In this document: piece by piece, positions 21,959-34,897 of the stretch
Numbering within the stretch: the stretch's first letter is position 1
How the letters are laid out: the number at the start of each line of letters is the position of its first letter
DNA from: Selaginella moellendorffii
Taxonomy: Eukaryota; Plantae; Lycopodiophyta
Length of the DNA: 64,000 nt
Assembly (NCBI RefSeq): GCF_000143415.4
Contig: NW_003314375.1
Span: forward strand, 310,001-374,000
Direction: 5' to 3'
Notes under the pieces: generated by a model
What the model was told of the DNA's origin: nothing
Seen by the model: the letters and a program-made list of their open reading frames with translations, nothing else
Databases searched by the model: none
Program-made: the position numbers and the translations under genes

Positions 21959-23218
21959 TCACTCTAATCGCTCCAACTCGTGTTGCTTAGACTTAAGTGT
22001 CCTAAGCGACGGCCGATAAAGCACTGCCTTGGCAAAATCATCTGGGTTCCGGTCCACTCCACCCCACTGCCCTGTGCTCAAGTAGTAAACAAACACGATC
22101 CCTGTCTCCGAAAAAGTGACGAGGTTCCCCTCTGCAGCGGTATTGCAACGGAAAATGTATCCAAGATTCCGCCGCCCAGGATACACTTCTTCAAGTATTG
22201 CGTCATGGAGAACTGCAGAGACTGGAACCAAGCCACCATTCTCATCGACTTTCCACACGCCATAGCCATCAACTCCGCAGTCCCCTTCCTCCCGGTCACC
22301 TCCCGCATAGATCCAACCGCTTGCAAAGTAGCGCTGGCCATTGTGCTCCCACAGCCTCGTCGTGCATGTACCTGGGAGCGGCAAAACGCAGCACAGACTC
22401 TCTCCACCTTCTTCAACCTTGTCTTCGTGGCCCGTTGTGATCCTCAGGCTGCGGACGGCCGCACCGGTGCACCACCTGGCGCGGCCGAAGTCGTACAATC
22501 CCAGGATGGTGAGGTCATAGAAGTAGTCGTCCAAGTCTGGAAATACAGCTCGAGGAGGAAAGCTTTGTTCGTAAGCTATATTCCGCTGCTTCCTCGCCTT
22601 GACGTAGGATGGGGAGAACGGGAGCTTGGGGAGAGAAGACCACGAGTGTGTTGCCGAGTCGTAGATGCAGCACCAGTGGCCGGAGGTGTTGGGGGCGGTG
22701 TAGTACAGGCCGACTTTGAAGCCATTATTGTAGACAAACATGGCAAAGTCGAGCGCTCCCACATGAGTGTGTCTTTCTCTGTCCTTCCAATGGAGCGGTG
22801 ACAGTTCCATCCACTCTTGGGTGACGGGATTGCCCACCACCAGGTGAAACAAATCGCTAGTGGGATCCAGGTCGGGTTTGGGCGACCTCAAGATGCATAC
22901 CAGGCCACCCGCGGAAGCAACGACTACCGTATGAGGAAAGGGTTGTGGTGAGTAGGGCAACGCCAACTCCTCGTGGTTCGGCTGTGATGGATCCCAGGCG
23001 AGGCAACGGCTGCAGAAGGAGCTAGTCATAACCCGCAAGGATTCCTTGTCGCCACTGTTTTGGCACCAGCGGCGGCGGAAAGAGGGATTGCCGAGGATGG
23101 ACTTCCATGACTTGCAAACGGCGGAGCATGCCGGCAGTGAGGCCAGGTCCACAAAGCTGAGAACCAACTCCAAAATGTCATCCAAAACCGATACCGGCGT
23201 CTGCTTGGCCTGCTTCAT
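21959..23218 (-). CDS. F-box protein copy 4
   Basis: 419-aa ORF with a 9-bp in-frame deletion (LAQ) before the F-box. Confidence 0.88.
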   Translation of the reverse strand: MKQAKQTPVSVLDDILELVLSFVDLASLPACSAVCKSWKSILGNPSFRRRWCQNSGDKESLRVMTSSFCSRCLAWDPSQPNHEELALPYSPQPFPHTVVVASAGGLVCILRSPKPDLDPTSDLFHLVVGNPVTQEWMELSPLHWKDRERHTHVGALDFAMFVYNNGFKVGLYYTAPNTSGHWCCIYDSATHSWSSLPKLPFSPSYVKARKQRNIAYEQSFPPRAVFPDLDDYFYDLTILGLYDFGRARWCTGAAVRSLRITTGHEDKVEEGGESLCCVLPLPGTCTTRLWEHNGQRYFASGWIYAGGDREEGDCGVDGYGVWKVDENGGLVPVSAVLHDAILEEVYPGRRNLGYIFRCNTAAEGNLVTFSETGIVFVYYLSTGQWGGVDRNPDDFAKAVLYRPSLRTLKSKQHELERLE

Positions 23219-23415
23219 CCCGAGGAATGCCTAAACGTGCTGCGCCTTATAGTGCTGCAAAAGGAAGAAAGGTAAGAATCAAGAATGGGATATTCCTTAA
23301 ACCTTTGACATTTTTTTATGAAGAGACGCCATACTATGTTGCTCTTCTACTGCACAAGCAAAGCACCCCAAAGTGAGGGGAAGTAATCCCCCACAGATCT
23401 CGCCGCTCTTCTTGC

Positions 23416-23815
23416 ACAGCCCCTCAACTCAAATTTCACGATACAACGCTCCTTTCCTGCATGCTGTGGAATTTCCTGGCTTGAACCATATCCCCTCTCT
23501 GGGTATATCCTTCTAGTATGCTGCCTTGGCCTTCTCAAACCGCCCATTTGTTGTGTAGGCATTGCGCAGCGTATTCCAGGAGAACACATCCTTCACTGGT
23601 ATTCTCTCGTAGAAAAGCTCCTCTACTTCGAACAATTTCCCCTTCTCGGCAGCAAGCGCGGCGAGCATCTCCCTTGTTAATCTCTCACGCCTAAGATGTT
23701 TCCTTGTCCGCGCTCCCACCATGAGAAGATTGGAGATGTATCGCACCTTGTGGTAGGCGCTGGCAAGCACCCCGCTTGGCACCGTCAAGATCTTTCGTCT
23801 CTTTAGATTCTTCAA
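23416..23815 (-). pseudogene. PPR gene relic, copy 4
   Basis: Translation identical to copy 1. Confidence 0.6.
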
Positions 23816-24129
23816 TGGGACTACTTGAAGATTGAAGTTACAATTGAAGTTACGTCATTCGAGATCTACACGAGATAGTGGAAGTTTGTGAAAAAAGAAT
23901 TTCACAGTCAGAGTAAGAAGTAGTGTTTCATACTTTACCAACTGGAACTATATAACTTGTGGTGTATCCACTCTCCATTTTCTCAGCGTTCAGCAGCCTC
24001 TGGACATCCAACAATGGATGGTTTGTAGGAAAGGCGAGAATCACACAGTTCCAGGTCCAATCGCATTTAATCGTACTCGAATTCTGAACATGTATCTGGA
24101 TTTACAAAGAAAGGTTTTGGGTGCTGCGC

Positions 24130-25075
24130 TTAAAACTAAAGTGTCCTGATCGACGGCCGATAAAGACCCTTAGCTAACTCATCTGGTTTCCACCCACTCC
24201 ACCCCACTGCCCTGTGCTGAAGTTGCAAACGGACACTTGACTCCGAAAAGGTGGCGAGGTTCCAGAGGTATTGCAACAAAAAATGTGTCCGAAATCCGGC
24301 TGCCCAGGGTACACTTCCTCAAGTATGGCGTTATGAAGCCCTGTGGAGACTGTAACTAAGTCACCCTTGTCACCCTGGCGCGGCAAAACGCAGCGCAGGC
24401 TCTCTCCACCTTGTTCAACCTTGATCTTCAGGCTGCGGACGGACACCCGGTGATCCACCTGGCGCGCCCGAAGTCGTAAAATCCCAGGATGGTGAGATCG
24501 TAGAAGTAGCCGTCCAAGTCTGGAAATACAACTCGAGGAGGAAAGCTTTGTTCGTAAGCTATATATTCCGCTGCTTCCTCGTCTTGACGTAGGCTGGCGA
24601 GAACGGGAGCTTGGGGAGAGAAGACTACGAGCGTGTTGCCGAGTCGTAGATGCACCAGTGGTGGTACAGGCCGACTTCTTGTAGACAAACATGGCACAGC
24701 CGAGCGCTCCCACAAAACCGCATGTTTCTCTGTCCTTCCAATGGAGCGGTGACAGTTCCGTCCACTCTTGGGTGACGGGATTGCCCACCACCAGGTGAAA
24801 CACATCGCTAGTGGGATTCAGGTCGCGTATGGGCGACCTCAAGATGCCCGTGGAAGCAACGACTTGAGCGCTAAACGGTTTCGGTGTAAGGCAACGCAAA
24901 CTCCTGGTGGTTCGGCCGTGATGGATCCCCAGCGAGGCAGCGGTCGCCGAGCAAGAGGGAGCTCGTCATAACCCGCAAGCATTCCTTGTCGTCACGGTTT
25001 TGGCCAGCGGCGGCGAACGAAGAGGATGGACTCTTCCACGACTTGCAAACGGCGGAGCATGCCGGTAGTGAGGTC
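24130..25075 (-). pseudogene. Diverged, frameshifted F-box pseudogene (fifth family member)
   Basis: Homology to copies 1-4 is split over several frames (FHLVVGNPVTQEW; YEQSFPPRVVFPDLDGYFY; LHNAILEEVYPG) with many deletions. Confidence 0.88.
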
Positions 25076-25225
25076 TTGAGCGAAGAGAGGCTCGGTCGTA
25101 CGGAGAAGCGCGACGAGCCTTATTTGATCGATCAAACGCGCATAAAACGGACGAGTTCTAGGGTTCTAGAACTGGCAGCTACGGCGTCTAGGGCTTTAGC
25201 TTGATTCCGGGTAAGAACAGGAAAT

Positions 25226-27199
25226 ATGGATGGATTCGCCGGCATTCTTGCGCTGCTGCTTGCGTCGATCGCTGCCACCGGCTCCGACGCGTCGTCCTAC
25301 GGGCTCGACACGGTCTTGGCGCAGGAATTCAAGGCGGATCCCCTGGCCGGCAACGACACATTCGAGCTCCTGCGCCCCGGCCTCAAGCACTTCCTCTCCA
25401 CCCCGCGCCACGACCTGGACTACAAGCTCCACTCAATCCTCTCGCTCCAGTCCACAACGCCAGTGACGGTGAAGCTGGTGGGGTTCTCGAGCGATCAGAA
25501 GCATCAGCTGGAGCAGCAGCTGGGGCGCTACCTGGAGATCCTCAACAAGAACGAGCACGTCCATGTGATCGGCACGGGTGGGACTAGCAATCACAGGCTA
25601 AACGTGAGATCCAAGATCGAGATCGATGTGGTGAGGGACAGTGGCAGCAGCAATCTCGCCGATTCCATGTTTCGGGCGATCCAAGGCATTGTCGATCGCC
25701 CCTCGTCGCTCTCGAGCGTCTACTACGCCCCGGTGCCGTACACTGTGGTGGACGAGCTGGTACGGGCGGACCTCGCCAAGCCGCTGGCGTCGTACGTCAT
25801 CTACATCCTCAACCTCAAGCGCCAGGCTCGGTCGTACGGATACGACTACCAGCCGGGAGATGGCGACGAGCTCCACTCGGCCTTCACCAAGTGCCTGGGG
25901 AATCTTTGGATGGGCCGGGAGCGCTACGTGTGGATCGATCTCGCTGCCGGTCCGATCGAGTATGGCCCGGCTCTCTCCGGAGAGGGTCTGGTGCTGCGCA
26001 GCGAGCTCTATCCATACGCGGCGGCTTTTCACGAGAGCCCGGCTCAAAAGGCGCTGCTGGCTGATCTAGCGGCGCTCGTCTGGAGTGCCTCGCAGATGCT
26101 GCTGGCTCCCGCGATGAGGATTCCAGTCTACTACGATCGTGAGTTGGAGGTGCATTTCTTTCACTTCAAGCATGTCGATGGCGGCGACTCGGAGCAGATA
26201 AAGTGGGAGGAGATCGAGGAGACTTTCAGGAAGGAGGCCTCGGAGGGTCTGCTCTTTCACGGCCAGTCTCTCGTCTTCAAGAGGTTTACGATAGATATGG
26301 ACGAATGCGCTCTGTGTTCGGCGCTCCTCGCCCGCTCCACCAAGAGCTACACCTCACGAGTTCTCATCGATCGCTACAGCCTCTTTGTCAACGATTACAT
26401 AGACTCGAAGCAGCTGCACTACTTGCTAGCTGAGAACCAAGCGGAGCTAGAGAAGATGGCCGGTTCCAGCGGCAGCTCGAACAACTTCATGGCTCGGATA
26501 GTTCCAGTCTACGTCTTTGATCTCAAGAGCGACAGGATCGTCATGCTGGACCGCGACCATCAGTCGATGGCTTTCAGGGACATGATAATCGCCATCCGGA
26601 GCAAAGGATACCAGACAGTGTCCGAGTTCAATTGCAACCATCGTCCCATGATGGTGGAGACGAGAAGGCTCGAGCGTCCACTGGTCGCGTCGCTGCTTCA
26701 AACTCTGTGGGGCGTGACACCGACGTACCTCACCTGGAGCAGCGAGCACAACTCGACGTTTCTAGACTACACTTGGAGCCTGGGGAACACGCCGTTTGGT
26801 CCGTTTTCGAAGCTCTCGTCGCTGTCATTCGCGCAGAGAGACGCTGCTCCTCGCAACGTCCTGCACACGATGCTCAACACGACGGTGTGGGGAGCCATTG
26901 AGATGCTGGAAACGTTGAAGGGACTGGGAGGCGAGAAGGCTGTGCTCAAGAGCAGACAGGGGACGGAGATGAACCAGAGATGGAACCTACTACTCTACAA
27001 GCTCAACAAGGCAACATCGGCCATGTCTCACTTCGATTTCAACTTGGCTCTCTTCTTCCTCAAATCCGCCGAGCACGACCTCTACGGCGCCTTAGGTTTT
27101 GCTAATGGGCAATGCTATCAGTCCTCTTTTCTTTTCTTTCTGCAATATAATAAAATACAATATTTCATGGGACTAGTGTGTCCTTTCGATTGGAGTTGA
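25226..27199 (+). CDS. Secretory-pathway protein of the At3g28720-like (KNS3-homolog) family; C-terminus possibly truncated
   Basis: Signal peptide; ERYVWIDLAAGPIEYGPALSGEG, PVYVFDL..LDRDHQSMAFRDMIIA, DYTWSLGNTPFGPFS..LSFAQRDAA. Family assignment from memory. Confidence 0.8.
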   Translation: MDGFAGILALLLASIAATGSDASSYGLDTVLAQEFKADPLAGNDTFELLRPGLKHFLSTPRHDLDYKLHSILSLQSTTPVTVKLVGFSSDQKHQLEQQLGRYLEILNKNEHVHVIGTGGTSNHRLNVRSKIEIDVVRDSGSSNLADSMFRAIQGIVDRPSSLSSVYYAPVPYTVVDELVRADLAKPLASYVIYILNLKRQARSYGYDYQPGDGDELHSAFTKCLGNLWMGRERYVWIDLAAGPIEYGPALSGEGLVLRSELYPYAAAFHESPAQKALLADLAALVWSASQMLLAPAMRIPVYYDRELEVHFFHFKHVDGGDSEQIKWEEIEETFRKEASEGLLFHGQSLVFKRFTIDMDECALCSALLARSTKSYTSRVLIDRYSLFVNDYIDSKQLHYLLAENQAELEKMAGSSGSSNNFMARIVPVYVFDLKSDRIVMLDRDHQSMAFRDMIIAIRSKGYQTVSEFNCNHRPMMVETRRLERPLVASLLQTLWGVTPTYLTWSSEHNSTFLDYTWSLGNTPFGPFSKLSSLSFAQRDAAPRNVLHTMLNTTVWGAIEMLETLKGLGGEKAVLKSRQGTEMNQRWNLLLYKLNKATSAMSHFDFNLALFFLKSAEHDLYGALGFANGQCYQSSFLFFLQYNKIQYFMGLVCPFDWS

Positions 27200-27401
27200 T
27201 GCATTGTCATCGTTAATTGGCAACATTATCCTTGCGACTGCGGCACATCTACGTCGAGCTTTTGACATGGAGAGTCATGCTCTTGGCGGATGGGGCCATA
27301 GATGGAAGACGTTGGTTTGCCAAATGCTGTAGGAACAAAGCATTTAACCATCACTATTACTCAAGAGACACTCTACATGGATATTAGGGTAGTTGGGGGA
27401 A

Positions 27402-29506
27402 ATGGACGCCAAGGACATCCTTGGGCTGCCCAAGGGAGGGCCTGTGGGCGACAAGCGCGTCCGGGCGCCCAAGGAGACGGTGCCCAAGAAGCTCGATCGT
27501 GTCTCCCGGGAGGTAAGAAAGAGTAGCTCTATTCTAGCTCCGGATTGAATTACGGGCATTCATGTAGGTATATGCTCTCACTGGAGGTCTGCCGCCTCTG
27601 ATAGCCTCTGTGGATACCAAGCAGCGTCAAGCTTCGTCTCAAAAGGTAGGCTTCCTTGCAAAATAGCATCTGGAAAATTTTGTTTTTCGATAGATTTCGT
27701 GGCAATGGCTTCCTTTTGCGAATTCGGCACGCACGGATGGGTTGCAGCTATCACATTGGGTCTGTGACCACGTACATTCAAGACTTTAGCATTCGAAACA
27801 TTTTTATTTTTATTTTCTAGGTGCGAGTCGTGGACTCGGTGGTGCCGACCGGGGATTACGCTTTCGCGAAGTACAATAGAGTGAGTGCCTTTAATTTCTT
27901 TGGCCTTCTTGTGTTTCGTCTAAGGGAATCAAACTTCCAACAGTCTGTGGCAGTCTTGAAGTATACAGATGACGAGTACAACAAGCACCTAGCTGATACG
28001 GTATGTGCTAAGACCATTTTGTGTGCTTAAAATTTTTCTTCTTTTTCTTTTTCTATTTTGTAGAAATGGACGAAACACGAAACAGACCTTCTGTTCAGCA
28101 TGTGCGAGCAATTCGACCTTCGATTCGTTATAATAGCGGACAGGTTCTCTCCTCCACGTACTGTTGAGGAACTCAAGGATCGCTACTACTCAGGTTGCTC
28201 TCGTCTCCGTATGTGTTTCTCAGTACTTCCTAACAGTTCTTCTTTGATATGAAGCGTCCAAAGCAATAATATTATCCAGGGCCACGACTCCTGAAGAGGT
28301 GGCTGACCATCCGCATGTGAAGGTATAAATCTGCAGGAAATCTTGAGCTAACGCTGAATTCGGGATGCCCTTTCAGGACGCATACAACTTCAATTATGAA
28401 ACGGAACGCAAGCGCGCCCTTGGCTTGCTATTGTCTCAGTCGAGGCAACAGGAGCGGGAGGACGCGGAAGTATGCATGTACTTCATTTCTTACTCCTTTT
28501 AACTGGTGTTCTTGCATAGGTACTCGCGGAGGCTAAGCGTATTACTGAAGCCCGTCTGAGTAAAGTACGTATTTTTACATTTCATTTTTCTTTCAGCATT
28601 AAACACCGTAGCTATAACCATAACAGGTGGACGAGCAGGCAGAACAACCTTCTGCCCCTGGAACAGATCTTACGCAGCCTTCTACTGATATTGCAGCAGC
28701 AGCGACGTCTACCACTACTACTACTCGTGGGGTCCGTAATTTTTGTCTAAATTGTGCTTCTTTTGTCTACTCACCTTGACTTCGCTAGCAGCATCGCGTG
28801 TTTCTTCGAGGTCCTAATTTGGGGCAAATGGTACAAAGTATGCTTTCATCAGTTGGAGCACGGATAGTGAAGCGTATCGAGCAAATACTACTTGATGAAC
28901 TTGGGGTAATCCAATGGGACAGGCATTTCATTCCTTTTGACTTTCATGCTTGTAGGTCCGTTTGGAGCCGAAAATTCCTACCGAATCGATATGTCGTGAG
29001 CATTTGGAATTGAGAAGGGAAGTTCTCAATCTAGTAAACCTTCAAAAGGCGGTGCGTGCTTCATATATAATTGTCTCCTTTTTTCTTTAATCTAACGACG
29101 CTGAGTTGTAGGTTCAATGGAACGAGGCGACTGTTTCATTCATGCGGGAAACACACCCAGAAGTTTCAACGCCTAATACCCCGAAGGTGTTCTTTATTTT
29201 TCTTAATGTTGGTTAATATGGTGAATTTTTCCTGGTTACAGCGGGGATTTCGAGGAGGTGACCGTGCTGCTGCTGTATCAGGTGAGTGGCCATTGTGTTG
29301 GTTTTTGTTTTATATGTAATGGTTAACATGTTTCAGGAGAACGAATAGGCAAGCGCGATCATAAGCGCAAGGTAAATGTTGCGTACGCTACATTCGAATG
29401 CCAATTCTGGTATCTTTCTGTGGTACAGGCTCCAGCAAGATTTTCAGACACGCCTCCATCTCCACCTCAGCAGAAACGTGCTCGCAAGTTGAAGTCAGAA
29501 AGCTGA
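27402..29506 (+). CDS. SWC4: SWR1-complex protein 4 / DMAP1 homolog
   Basis: [53 protein letters not shown]-like [27 protein letters not shown]; many short introns. Confidence 0.93.
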
Positions 29507-30083
29507 GGAACGAAAGAGTGGTCTCCTTTAATTTGGTAAGCTGTCGGTCTCGTCTTTCTTATCTGACTGGCATTGTTTCCTAGAAGAACTTTCGAGTAAT
29601 ATCTCCGCGATCAAAGCGGATCTTGTTCTATGGAAAGAAGAGAAATCTCATAGGGACGAGCCTCCCGCTCGGCGATTGACCAGTCACACAAACGTAGCTT
29701 TCCTTGTCAAGAAAATCTGAGATATAATATACCGGAGGCACTTTGACACGGATTCCGCGACAAATCACAAGCTCTAACGAGAAGCTATGATCGCAAAAGT
29801 CCCAGCTAACACGGGCTTGCGAGGGCCACGCGAGCAACTGTGTGCTTGTGTCGTCGGGCACTTGGCACTGAAATGCTCGTTGCACTGCTTCAGTCGCAGT
29901 CAAGGAAAAAGATTTGGCTCTTTCATTTTTTATTTTTTTTTCACTTTGGCAAAAGGCAAAAGAAGGGTGCTACCATTGTCAAAAGCCTACTGTACTATTG
30001 CTCGCCTTTAGCTTTCCCAAGGAAATAAACTCATCTAACTCGAGAAGCCATTCTAACACAGCGTGAAAGAGAGAGAGAGACAG

Positions 30084-31310
<1,227 letters not shown>

Positions 31311-31454
31311 GTAAATGGTGTGATCCCCCAATAACTTGATTCTCTTTGGCTTGCTTCTGATTGAAACTCTAGATCAAAGGAAGAAGAAAGTGCTTCTTCT
31401 TTTAGAGAGAATCGCCACTTTTCTTAAAAATGTATTAGCAGACCAGGCTTTATA

Positions 31455-32759
31455 CTAGTACGGAGGTGGCGGAGCTCTGGAGCGCATTATTGGAGGTGGT
31501 GGCGTGGGAACTCGCGGGGATGATCCGGAGTTTCTTCTATTCACGCGCCGGCAATGCAGCCTGATCTCGCCCTGGATGGAATCCTTGACACCAATCCCTC
31601 CCAACTTCACCATAGCCTTGGCGAACTCGCGGAAAAATAGTCGCTGGTTTGCGGCGAAAGCACTGATGAGGCCCCGCATGGATCCATCCAGCAGCAGCTC
31701 CTCGTCGCTCCTGAGAAGCCCGTTGCCAGCCAGGAGCTGCACAAAGTAGGAGTTGTCGAAGGGGATCTCGCTGCCTCTGTCTAGAGACAGTGTCGCGCGC
31801 CTGGCCGGAGAAGTGTTTGGGCAGATCCGTCTCAAAGCAGTGGCGTAGGCGGGATTCAACGCCGGGTCCGGTAGCCCGGTGCCAGAGGAATTGTAGAGAC
31901 GGATTTGGAAGTTGGCGCAATGGGATCGACCGATCGTGTGGCCTCCTGCATTGATTGTTTCGACATGGTTTATGTTATTTCATGCATCTGATCGTACCCG
32001 AGAGTGTAACAAGGTCCCTGGAATCGAGTGTCTTGTTTGCGAAGGAATGGATGAGGCGAGTGAGGTTGAAGGAAGGCCCGGGAATGCTGCCATCAGCATT
32101 GGACGCCAGAGACACCCTTCCATCGTAGCGTCCAGTTGGCTCCTCCCAGCGAGGTCCCCCCGACTATATCACCGAGCAACAATCATGTGAAGAGCTTATT
32201 CGACCATGATGATCCAGGCACTTACTATTGCGACGGAGTCTCTGGCGGCCAGAGCGAGAATGTCTGCGCACGACACGGTGCCCGGACAGACCGCCTCGAT
32301 GCGTCTCTTGGCCGCGTCGACGAGCTCGAATCCAGTGGCTGTGTTATTGTTTGCCAGGCTCCGCTTCTCAGGCGGTGTGCCGTCGGGCGATGCGTCGAGA
32401 AGAATGGATCCATCGCATCCCTTTGATAGACACAGAAATGTAAGAACAGGATTACCACTTTCGCGCGCTACCTCTACGAAGCAGTCGTGGAAGTAGAGTC
32501 GAAGTATACCGGCAGCGACGAGCGGCCTGGTTGCGAATTGCTCCGCCACAACCTGGCTCACAATCTTCTCGGCCGCCGGGCAAGAGTGTGAGTAGTATCC
32601 CACCACGGTGCTGCTCTGGACCACTCCAAGCTCCAAACTTGCTGTCAGTATCACAACTATCATCGCTGCCGAGAACCAAGGCATTGGGATCAGTCGACCA
32701 GTGATTCCTGATGATAGGTAGTGCACACAAGGCATCGCTATATTGTATTCCACAAGCAT
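31455..32759 (-). CDS. Class III secretory peroxidase with proline-rich tail
   Basis: [48 protein letters not shown] then PTPPPP..APPPPY; true start may be a downstream ATG. Confidence 0.93.
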
Positions 32760-32799
32760 GATCTCTTTCTTAGATGGGAGATTAGGGCATTTGGATTGG

Positions 32800-34897
32800 A
32801 TGGCCAGCCTCGTCTCGGCCCCGAGCGTCGTTCACACCATCGATCGAAAGGGCCTCAGAGGTAAGCTGGAGAAATGCGCGCTTGCTCGCTCCTCCTACGC
32901 CTACATTTGATTTCCAGGCAAGGCGGGGGCGGATTATGTGGTGATTGGGAGTGGGATTGGCGGCTTGAGCTGTGGCGGCCTGCTTGCCAGGTATGGCGAA
33001 GACGTCGTAGTCCTGGAGAGCCATACCCTTGCTGGAGGAGCCGCGCATTCCTTCCAAGTCGGAGGCTATCGTTTCGATTCCGGGCCTTCGCTCTTCTCGG
33101 GTCTCTCGTCCAAGGGTCCTCAAGCCAATCCCCTTGCTCAGGTCAAAGTATCATATACTACGAACTATAAACCAACTTTGTTGTATCTTCTCCAGGTACT
33201 GGATGCCTTGGGTGAGCGTGTCGAGTGCGCAAAGTATGATTCATGGATGGTTCATCTTCCGCAAGGCAGCTTCTTGTCCGAGATTGGTCCATCCCATTTT
33301 CCACAGGTACTAAGTATTTGCACAAGCTTGCAAGCTTTTGCTCTGGAAAATAACTCTCCGTCTGTTAGTATCTGTGTACCAGGTGTTGGAAAAGTATGGT
33401 GGCTCGAATGCTGTAGCAGAATGGAAGAGACTTCAAGTTAAGTGTTGAGAAACTCACTTGCCACTGACTGACACTTGATCAAAATTCAGGAAACTGTGCT
33501 GGGACTCTCTGAAGCTGCCATGGCCCTGCCACCAGCAGCTCTTCGAGGTGACTGGGGCGCTCTTTTCACCGTTCTGGGACGTTATTCCCCACAGCTCATC
33601 TCATCCTTCATGCGAATGGGATTCAAAGGAGCTTTGAATGCGTCGAGGCTTCTGGGACCTTTTTCGGAGATTCTTGACGCACTGGAGATTAAGGATCCTT
33701 TCCTTCGCAACTGGCTGGATTTGCTGCCTTTCCTTCTTTCGGGCCTTAAGGCTGATGGCACACTTGCCGCCGAAGTGGTGAGCTCGCTTCTTGTCGTCAG
33801 TTGAGCTACTTGTCTAACTTTGAACTCGTACAAACAGGTCTACATGTTTTCCGAATGGTATAAGCCTGGATGCATGCTGGAGTATCCTCATGGAGGGACT
33901 GAGGCAATTATCGACGCTCTTGTACGCGGCCTCGAGAAACACAACGGACAGCTTTCCTTGGGGTGTCACGTTGAGCAAATTCTGGTTGAAAATGGCCGTG
34001 CAAAGGGGGTAAAGCTGAGAAATGGCCAGGTACTCGAAAGATGTCAAGCCACAGATCCTGATCCTTCCATATAATGCAGGTTGTTGTTGCACGCAAAGCG
34101 GTCATAAGCAATGCGTCAATATGGAATACGGTGGCGTTGCTCCCTCCAAAGGAGGTTCCACAAGAATATCAAAAGCGTGCAACTGAAACTCCACAGTGCG
34201 ATTCCTTTATGCACTTGCATCTCGGCGTGGAAGCAAAGGTGGGCATTTCTCTTTCTCCAGGAACAAAGTACTATCCATCAGCTAACCATTTAGGACCTAC
34301 CTGCTGATCTTGGAATCCATCATATAGTGGTTGATAGCTGGGAGCAAGGGGTGGACGCACCACAAAATGTTGTTCTGATTTCCATGCCAAGTGCTCTCAG
34401 TCCCAATCTCGCACCCCCTGGAAAGCACGTCCTGCACGCATACACGCCAGGAACGGAGCCTTATCACCTCTGGAAAGGCCTTGATCGCCAGTCTGCTGCA
34501 TACAAACAGCTCAAAGAAGAACGGTCTCAGGTTCGTCTTTCTTTTCTCGTTCGTGATTTCCTTGACTGGTTGCTTTGTTCAGGTCATGTGGAAAGCTGTG
34601 CAGCGAGCGCTCGGGACCGGATTCTCAGCAGACAGCTGCGATGTGAAGCTCGTCGGGACACCATTGACACACGAGCGTTTCTTACGCAGGCATCGTGGTA
34701 CTTATGGACCTGCTATCCGAGCAGGCAAGGACACGTTCCCTGGTCCCGAGACTCCAATCAAGAATCTTTTTTGCTGCGGAGACTCGGTGTTTCCAGGAAT
34801 CGGAGTTCCTGCTGTAGCTGCCAGTGGCATGCTCACTGCAAACTCTCTGGTATCTGTAGATAAGCACACACAGCTCCTGGATGCTATTGGTCTGTGA
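32800..34897 (+). CDS. FAD-dependent oxidoreductase, carotenoid isomerase (CRTISO/CrtH)-like
   Basis: DYVVIGSGIGGL, GGAAHSF..FDSGPSLFSG, SFMHLHLG, GTPLTHERFLRR..GTYGP, CGDSVFPGIGVPAVAASG. Confidence 0.9.

Larger units (their letters stand above)
11858..24390. repeat. Near-identical tandem array, period about 3.37 kb, about 3.7 units
   Basis: F-box starts at 13103/16480/19859/23218; PPR relics at 13397/16774/20151/23513; chimeric ORFs at 14211/17587/20964. Confidence 0.97.

Noticed and set aside
11858-24390. Array as a transposon or CRISPR-like locus
   Set aside because: No transposase or RT, terminal repeats, target-site duplications or repeat-spacer pattern; units are made of local host genes
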